Positions 57,693-64,000 of a stretch of DNA of 64,000 nucleotides are shown one piece after another; position 1 is the stretch's first letter, and every line of letters starts with the position of its first letter. The notes under the pieces were generated by a model that searched no databases, was not told the origin of the DNA, and was given only the letters and a program-made list of their open reading frames with translations. The position numbers were made by a program, and so were the translations under genes. The DNA is taken from positions 32,001 through 96,000 of the forward strand of contig CBDBGH010000003.1 of NCBI GenBank assembly GCA_965205265.1, written 5' to 3'. The stretch is from Alphaproteobacteria bacterium. Lineage in GTDB: Bacteria > Pseudomonadota > Alphaproteobacteria > Bin95.

Positions 57693-58079
57693 TCACCCGG
57701 AGCGGACGGCGATCGCCTCGATCTCGACCTTGAGCTCCGGCATGGCGAGCGCGCTCACCTCGACCAGGGTCGAAACCGGGAAATCGCCGGCGAAGAACTC
57801 CCGGCGGGCGCGCCACACCTCCTCGCGCCGTGAGATGTCGGTGACATAAATCACCACCTTGACGACATCGGCCATCGAGGCCCCGGCTGCGTCCAGCAGC
57901 CTGGCGATCTTCTCGAAGATCGCGCGCGCCTGCCCGTATTCGTCACCGGCCAGGATTTCCGCGCCATTGCGCGCCGTCATGCCGGCGACGAAGATCTGGT
58001 TGCCTGCAACCAGGCAGTTCGACCAGGTCTCCGGCGGCGGTTCCGGCACTTCGGGATGGGTGACGCGCATGGCCGCCAT
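57693..58079 (-). CDS. RidA family protein
   Basis: DVVKVVIY, FPVSTLVEV and VEIEAIA motifs. Confidence 0.9.
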   Translation of the reverse strand: MAAMRVTHPEVPEPPPETWSNCLVAGNQIFVAGMTARNGAEILAGDEYGQARAIFEKIARLLDAAGASMADVVKVVIYVTDISRREEVWRARREFFAGDFPVSTLVEVSALAMPELKVEIEAIAVRSG

Positions 58080-58093
58080 GGCACTCTCCTCGG

Positions 58094-59398
58094 TCAGGCT
58101 TTGACGATCCGCGCCGGGCGCGGCCGGTCATCGTAAACATTGCGCGTGTCCACAACCAGCGGCACCGCCGCTGCCAGCGCCTCCCAGTCCACGGCGTCGT
58201 GGTCCGTCACCGCGATGGCGGCGTCGAACCGGGCGAGCGCCTCCGGCGACCGGTCTGTGGAGGGAATGCCCGCGAGGGCGGGATGGGCGCGGGTCGTCGG
58301 GATCGCCTGCACATGGGGGTCGAGATAAGCGACCTCGGCCCCGCGGTCTGCAAGCAGCTCCCAGAGTCGGAGCGCCGGGCTCTCCCGCGTATCGTCTATG
58401 TTTTTCTTGTAAGCGACGCCGACCAGCAGGACGCGGCTCCCGGCAAGCGCTGCCGGGGCGAGCGCTTCGGCGAGCCGGGCGACCACGCGCTCCGGCATTT
58501 CGGCGTTGATCTCGCCGGCAAGCTCGATGAAGCGGCTTGGCAGGCCGACGCCGCGCGCCTTCCAGGAGAGGTAGAACGGGTCGATGGGAATGCAGTGCCC
58601 GCCCCAGCCGGGACCGGGGTAAAACGGCATGTAACCGAAGGGCTTGGTGCTGGCGGCCTCGACGACCTCCCAGATGTCCACGCCCATTGCGGCGTAGATG
58701 CCCTTGAGCTCGTTGACGAGCGCGATGTTGACGGCGCGGAAGACGTTCTCGGTGAGCTTCGCCGCCTCCGCTGCCGCCGGCGAGGAGACGGCATGGACCG
58801 AGGGCGAAACGGCCTCGTAGAGCGCGCGGGCAAGAGCCAGCGCCTCCGGCCCATCGGCGCCGACGACCCGCGGGATGCGCCGCTCGCCGCTGCCGGGAGA
58901 CTCGCGCTCCGGCGCGTAGGCGAGGAAGAAGTCCTGTCCGCTGCGGAGGCCGCCCGCCTCCAGGACCGGCCTGACGACTTCTTCCGTCGTGCCCGGCCAG
59001 GTGGTCGATTCGAGCACGACGAGCTGCCCCGGCCGCAAGGTGGCGGCCACGGCGCGGGCGCTCGCCCCGACGAACCGCAGGTCGGGCTCGCGGTCCGCCC
59101 CGAGTGGTGTCGGCACGCAGATCGCGATGGCGTCGGCCTCGGCCAGGCGGGCGAAATCGTCCGTCGCCTCGAACCGCCCGCCCGCCGTCATCGCCGCGAC
59201 CTCGCTGTCGGCGACATCCATGATGTAGGAGCGCCCGGCTGCAAGCATGGGCGGCTTCTCCGGATCGGTGTCGAAGCCGGTCACGGCGAAGCCCGCCTTG
59301 TGGAAGGCGCGCGCCAGCGGCAGCCCCACATAGCCGAGCCCGATAATGCCGATGCGCGCCCGGCGGTCCCGCAGCTTGCCGAGCAGGTCGTCAAACAC
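58094..59398 (-). CDS. Nucleotide-sugar dehydrogenase (UDP-GlcNAc/UDP-Glc 6-dehydrogenase family)
   Basis: GLGYVGLP, CVPTP, ESTT.PG, KLTEN and GGHC motifs. Confidence 0.93.
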   Translation of the reverse strand: MFDDLLGKLRDRRARIGIIGLGYVGLPLARAFHKAGFAVTGFDTDPEKPPMLAAGRSYIMDVADSEVAAMTAGGRFEATDDFARLAEADAIAICVPTPLGADREPDLRFVGASARAVAATLRPGQLVVLESTTWPGTTEEVVRPVLEAGGLRSGQDFFLAYAPERESPGSGERRIPRVVGADGPEALALARALYEAVSPSVHAVSSPAAAEAAKLTENVFRAVNIALVNELKGIYAAMGVDIWEVVEAASTKPFGYMPFYPGPGWGGHCIPIDPFYLSWKARGVGLPSRFIELAGEINAEMPERVVARLAEALAPAALAGSRVLLVGVAYKKNIDDTRESPALRLWELLADRGAEVAYLDPHVQAIPTTRAHPALAGIPSTDRSPEALARFDAAIAVTDHDAVDWEALAAAVPLVVDTRNVYDDRPRPARIVKA

Positions 59399-60344
59399 CG
59401 TAATAGCTCCGGTACCAGGCGGCGAAGCGGGGCAGGCCCTCGTCGATGGCGGTTCGGGGCGCATAGCCGAAATGCCGCGCCGCTTCGCCGATGTCGGCGC
59501 AGGTTTCCAGCACGTCGCCGGGCTGCATCGGCCGGAGGTCGATCCGGGCCCGGGCGCCGAGCGCGGCCTCCAGCGTCTCGATGAAGCGCATCAGCGGCTC
59601 GGCGCGGCCGTTGCCGATATTGTAGATCCGGTGGCCGTCCCCGGTCCGGTCGAGCGCGCCGAGCGTGCCTGCGACCGCGTCCTCCACGAAGGTGAAGTCG
59701 CGGGCAAGCCGGCCTTCGTTGAAAACCGGGATCGGCTCGCCGGCAAGCATGGCGCGCGCGAACAGGGTCGGCGCCATGTCGGGCCGGCCCCAGGGTCCGT
59801 AAACCGTGAAATAGCGCAGCCCCGTCGCGCGGAAGCCGTAAAGATGAGCATAGCTCTCGGTCATGAGTTCGTCCGCGCGCTTGGTGGCGGCGTAGAGGGA
59901 CCGCGGCCGGTCGCCCGGCGCGTCCGCGGCAAGCGGCCCGGAGCCGGCATCCCCATAGACCGAGGAGGAGCTTGCATAGACGAAATGCGAGACTTCCCGC
60001 CGCCGCGCCAGCTCCAGCAGGTTCAGGTGCCCGGCGATATTGGCCCGGACATAGGCGCGCGGGTTTTCCAGCGAGTAGCGCACGCCGGCCTGCGCGGCGA
60101 GGTGCAGGATGCGGTCCACGCCTTCGGGTGCCAGCCGGTCCATCGCTTCGTCGTCGGCGATGTCGGCGCGCAGGAAGGTGAAGCCGGGCAGGCCGCTCAG
60201 GCGCGCGAGCCGGGCGCGCTTCAGCACCGGGTCGTAATATCCGTCGAGATTGTCGATTCCGACGACCGCCTCGCCGCGCGCCAGCAGGGCGGCGGCGGCG
60301 TGCATGCCGATGAAGCCGGCGACGCCGGTGACGAGAATGCTCAT
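59391..60344 (-). CDS. NAD-dependent epimerase (UDP-glucuronate 4-epimerase-like)
   Basis: TGVAGFIG, HLAAQAGVRYS, YAATK and YGPWGRPDMA motifs. Confidence 0.93.
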   Translation of the reverse strand: MSILVTGVAGFIGMHAAAALLARGEAVVGIDNLDGYYDPVLKRARLARLSGLPGFTFLRADIADDEAMDRLAPEGVDRILHLAAQAGVRYSLENPRAYVRANIAGHLNLLELARRREVSHFVYASSSSVYGDAGSGPLAADAPGDRPRSLYAATKRADELMTESYAHLYGFRATGLRYFTVYGPWGRPDMAPTLFARAMLAGEPIPVFNEGRLARDFTFVEDAVAGTLGALDRTGDGHRIYNIGNGRAEPLMRFIETLEAALGARARIDLRPMQPGDVLETCADIGEAARHFGYAPRTAIDEGLPRFAAWYRSYYGV

Positions 60345-60484
60345 GGGCGGTCGGTTCGCAATTGCGGGCGCGCCGGCACCATAGCCGAGGCGGGACGGCG
60401 TGCAATCGTGGAAGGCGCGCATGCCTCGACCCGGCGCGGCGGGGGCGCTATACCGCGCGCCTGCCCGTCCGGCCGGGGAACGCC

Positions 60485-62071
60485 ATGAACGACAACCGCC
60501 TCTACCTGTTCGACACGACCTTGCGCGACGGCGCCCAGACCCAGGGCGTCGATTTCAATGTCGCGGACAAGGCCGCGATCGCCCGCGACCTCGATGCGCT
60601 CGGCATCGACTATATCGAGGGCGGCTGGCCCGGCGCCAACCCGACCGACGACGGGTTCTTCGCAGACCCGCCGGCGCTCTCCCGCGCCCGCCTCACCGCT
60701 TTCGGCATGACGCGCCGGGCGGGGCGGTCGGCCGCCAACGACCCGGGCCTTGCGGTCACATTGCGCTCGCGCGTCGATACGATCTGCCTGGTCGGCAAGG
60801 CGGACGCCCGCCACGCCGAGTCGGCGCTCGGCGTCTCGCTGGACGAGAACCTGGCGATGATCCGCGATTCCATCGCGGAGATCGTCCGGCGAGGCAAGGA
60901 GGCCCTGTTCGACGCCGAGCATTTCTTCGACGGCTACAGGGCCCGCCCGGACTATGCGCTCAAGGCGCTGGAGACGGCGCTTGAAGCCGGCGCGCGCTGG
61001 GTCGTGCTCTGCGACACAAACGGCGGCGCGCTGCCGCACGAAGTCGAGGCGGCGGTCGCGCGGGCGGGCGATGTCGTGCCGGGAAGCCGGCTCGGCATCC
61101 ATGCCCACAACGATACCGGCAACGCCGTCGCCAACACGCTGGCCGCGGTGCGCGTCGGCGCGCGGCAGGTGCAGGGCACGCTGAACGGCCTGGGCGAGCG
61201 CTGCGGCAATGCCGACCTCGTGACCCTGCTGCCGACCCTCACCCTCAAGATGGGCTTCGAGACCGGGGTTCCGGCGGACGGCCTGGAGCGCCTCACGCAG
61301 GTCTCGCGCGCGTTCGACGAGCGGCTCAACCGCCCGTCGAACCGCCATGCCCCCTATGTCGGCGCCTCGGCCTTCGCGCACAAGGCGGGGCTGCATGTCT
61401 CGGCGGTGGAGAAGGACCCGGCCTTCTACGAGCACATCGCGCCGGAGACGGTTGGCAACAAGCGCCAGATCCTGGTCTCCGACCAGTCGGGCCGCGCGAA
61501 CATCCTCTCGCGCTTCCGGGAGATCGGCCTCGATGTGGACCGGGACGATCCGCGCGTCGCGCGCCTTGTCGATCTGGTGAAGGAGCGCGAGTTCCAGGGC
61601 TATGCCTATGACGGCGCGGTGGCGAGCTTCGAGCTGCTCGCCCGCCGGATGCTCCAGACCGTGCCGGACTACTGGACGCTCGACAGCTTCCGCGTCACCG
61701 ACGAGCGGCGCTTCAACGCAAGGCGCGAGCTGGTGACCATGTCGGAGGCGGTGGTGAAGCTCTCCGTCGATGGGCGCCGGTCCATGCAGGTGGCCGAAGG
61801 CAACGGGCCGGTAAACGCGCTCGACGCCGCGCTGCGCCTCGCGCTGCTGCCGGACTATGCCTGTCTCGAAGGCGTGCGGCTGACCGACTACCGGGTGCGC
61901 ATCCTCACGCCCGGCGACGGCACGGCGGCCGTCACGCGGGTGCTGATCGAGAGCGCCGACGAGACCGGCGCGCACTGGACCACGGTCGGCGTCTCGGGGA
62001 ACATCATCAATGCCTCCTACGAGGCGCTGAACGACAGCCTGACCTACAAGCTGCTCAACACCGAACGGTGA
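60485..62071 (+). CDS. cimA: Citramalate synthase
   Basis: DTTLRDGAQT, EGGWPGANP, FDAEHFFDG and HAHND motifs. Confidence 0.93.
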   Translation: MNDNRLYLFDTTLRDGAQTQGVDFNVADKAAIARDLDALGIDYIEGGWPGANPTDDGFFADPPALSRARLTAFGMTRRAGRSAANDPGLAVTLRSRVDTICLVGKADARHAESALGVSLDENLAMIRDSIAEIVRRGKEALFDAEHFFDGYRARPDYALKALETALEAGARWVVLCDTNGGALPHEVEAAVARAGDVVPGSRLGIHAHNDTGNAVANTLAAVRVGARQVQGTLNGLGERCGNADLVTLLPTLTLKMGFETGVPADGLERLTQVSRAFDERLNRPSNRHAPYVGASAFAHKAGLHVSAVEKDPAFYEHIAPETVGNKRQILVSDQSGRANILSRFREIGLDVDRDDPRVARLVDLVKEREFQGYAYDGAVASFELLARRMLQTVPDYWTLDSFRVTDERRFNARRELVTMSEAVVKLSVDGRRSMQVAEGNGPVNALDAALRLALLPDYACLEGVRLTDYRVRILTPGDGTAAVTRVLIESADETGAHWTTVGVSGNIINASYEALNDSLTYKLLNTER

Positions 62072-62787
62072 GCCGCCCGCCCGCCATCGTGCTGGTGCGC
62101 CCGCAACTCGGCGAAAATATCGGCATGGCGGCCCGCGCCATGCTGAATTGCGGGCTGGACGAACTCCGGATTGCGGCCCCGCGCGACGGCTGGCCGAGCC
62201 CGGCGGCGCAGGCGGCCGCGGCGGGCGCGGACGCCGTGATCGAGGGGGCGCAAGTCTTCGACACGGCGGCCGACGCCGTCGCCGACCTGCAACTCGTGCT
62301 GGCGGCGACGGCGCGGCGGCGCGATGTCGAAAAGCCCGTCCACGACCCCCGCGAGGCGGTGCGGCTGCTGCGCGAGTCCGGTGCGCGAACGGGTGTGCTG
62401 TTCGGCCCGGAGCGCGCCGGTCTCGACAATGACGAGGTGGGCCTCGCCGCCGGCATCGTCGAAGCGCCGCTCAACCCGAATTTCCCCTCGCTCAATCTCG
62501 CCCAGGCCGTGTTTCTGGTGGCGTGGGAATGGCGCATGGCCGGCCCGCCGCCTGTCCCGCCGCCGCCGAGCGAGCTTGCTTCGGCAGAGGCCTTCGAGGG
62601 CTTCTGGCAGCATCTGGACAGTGCACTCGACGATGCCGGCTATTACCGCGAGCCGAAGCTCAAGCCCACCGTGCAGCGAAACCTCCGCGCCCTCTTCGCC
62701 CGCGCCGGCCTCACCGGCCAGGAAGTCCGCACCCTGCGCGGCGTCGTCGCCCGGCTGGCGGCGGGAAGGCGGGGGAAGGGGCGGTGA
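62068..62787 (+). CDS. trmJ: SPOUT RNA methyltransferase (TrmJ/LasT)
   Basis: ENIGMAARAM.N, FGPERAGL and SLNLAQAV motifs. Confidence 0.85.
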   Translation: MSRPPAIVLVRPQLGENIGMAARAMLNCGLDELRIAAPRDGWPSPAAQAAAAGADAVIEGAQVFDTAADAVADLQLVLAATARRRDVEKPVHDPREAVRLLRESGARTGVLFGPERAGLDNDEVGLAAGIVEAPLNPNFPSLNLAQAVFLVAWEWRMAGPPPVPPPPSELASAEAFEGFWQHLDSALDDAGYYREPKLKPTVQRNLRALFARAGLTGQEVRTLRGVVARLAAGRRGKGR

Positions 62788-62803
62788 CTGCTTGGTGTAC
62801 TCT

Positions 62804-63916
62804 TTAAGCGCTTGCTTTCTCCACAAATTGGAAACGGACCTTTAGGTCATTCATTTGATGATACTTGAGCAATTTGTCATGCTGGAGGCGGCCGACGACG
62901 ATTCCGGGGTGAATGCCAATACGTTCTGCAAATGCCATGATCGAAGCTTTCCTTGTCAGGCTGTAAAGTTCGGGTGTGTAGCGCTGCGGTATAAGCATAT
63001 CGCTTGCCCAAGCATCCGCCTCAGTCTCCGCTTCATCGATTTCGCCACTTCCCGAATCATCCAACCATACGACCTTTCCATCCTTTCTGTGCAGCAGGAT
63101 GTGGGCCGCTTCGTGGAAAAACGTGAACCAGAAGCGATCATTCGACTTGCCGTATAGCGACAACTGAATCAAGGGACGACCGGGTGCCAGCCACCGGGCT
63201 GCTCCACTAACTCGTGCCCGGGGTATAGCAGGCACCAATACGAAACCGACACCAGCTTGACTAAGTAATTTGCGGATGCGCGGCTCGAATACTTCCGGTA
63301 CCTCTGTTGTTAGCTGGCGAATTTCTTTCATGGCATCTAGGAACGCAGCCGGGTCGTAAGTCCGGTAGTGTAATTCCTCGGCTCGCCGCTCACCCAAGCG
63401 GAGCCAAACGGAAATGGCGCCTGCATCGCATTTCTGTACGCGGCTCTTACGAAAAGCGCCTTCCATGGCGAGACACTTGGCTTGCCATTCATCCGGTGAA
63501 GCAATCCCAAAGAATCGCAAGCAGTCTTCGACTAAGCTCGGTTTTGATTGGGAATCAATGCGGCGCTTCGAAATTGCGCCCGCATTCATTAGTTCCTTGA
63601 TTGGCAAGCTGTCGATCCACCAAACCCACTCCGCATAACAATTCGCTGCCTCCAAGCGAGCACAGCGAGCACGATATTGCGCTTCCCGCGTTAGCCAGAA
63701 GGCGACGCTGCTGCCCAAGACACGCTCAAGCCGGACAGCCGCGCCCTCAGTCACAGTGACTTTCCCTTTGATCATTTGGTTCACATGCTTGCGGCTGTAG
63801 CCAAGCCGGTCGGCCAGTTCAGCCTGCGTCCAGCCACGTTCCTCAATCAAGTCGAGGATAGTGTCCCCGGGCGGAGAGACCCAATCCGGTGCGAACGGAG
63901 CGTTCGTGTCAGTCAT
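62804..63916 (-). CDS. HigA-type XRE HTH fused to an ImmA/IrrE metallopeptidase
   Basis: SPPG.TI...TQAELADRLG HTH; FWFTFFHEAAH (HExxH); EADAWA. Confidence 0.92.
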   Translation of the reverse strand: MTDTNAPFAPDWVSPPGDTILDLIEERGWTQAELADRLGYSRKHVNQMIKGKVTVTEGAAVRLERVLGSSVAFWLTREAQYRARCARLEAANCYAEWVWWIDSLPIKELMNAGAISKRRIDSQSKPSLVEDCLRFFGIASPDEWQAKCLAMEGAFRKSRVQKCDAGAISVWLRLGERRAEELHYRTYDPAAFLDAMKEIRQLTTEVPEVFEPRIRKLLSQAGVGFVLVPAIPRARVSGAARWLAPGRPLIQLSLYGKSNDRFWFTFFHEAAHILLHRKDGKVVWLDDSGSGEIDEAETEADAWASDMLIPQRYTPELYSLTRKASIMAFAERIGIHPGIVVGRLQHDKLLKYHQMNDLKVRFQFVEKASA

Positions 63917-64000
63917 GGTAATCTCCTATCTCGTCGATCTGGATCGCAGTCACCTGAGACCAGTCGACGCTGCCGTCGTCATGGCGCGGCACCGAAACGC
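63909..64000 (-). CDS. 3' end of a HigB/RelE-like toxin (truncated by the window)
   Basis: ...DGSVDWSQVTAIQIDEIGDYHD*; DYH terminus; overlaps the antitoxin start. Confidence 0.8.
   Translation of the reverse strand, partial: VSVPRHDDGSVDWSQVTAIQIDEIGDYHD

Overview
High-GC alphaproteobacterial (Rhodospirillales-like, inferred from gene content and promoter style) chromosomal window. It carries housekeeping genes (lepA, cimA, trmJ-like, tRNA-Asn/Cys/Thr) among many catabolic and transport modules: a probable 2-furoate degradation operon (hmfABCD, no hmfE here), an IorAB-type molybdoenzyme pair, and LIV-type, polyamine-type and peptide ABC transporters. The left end is an IS-disrupted, lower-GC islet: two near-identical inverted IS3 copies, a Uma2 nuclease, an interrupted TbpB-like lipoprotein and a 5'-truncated TRAP permease. 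An intact IS4-family (IS50-like) element sits at 45.6-47.0 kb and a HigB / HigA-ImmA module lies at the right edge. The most striking unannotated signal is intergenic. Three unrelated types of ~230-310 bp miniature inverted-repeat elements (IS1595-like, IS50-like, IS4-subgroup-like ends) each carry a CGTC-tagged REP-like hairpin doublet. One type inserts into the inner loop of such hairpins, producing nested structures. A promoter-fronted, tandemly duplicated non-coding unit upstream of lepA and a solo IS630-type HTH gene behind a consensus promoter are also unexplained. Several genes show decay (frameshifts, an in-frame deletion of an Fe-S ligand). All calls are from reading the sequence; no database searches were run.
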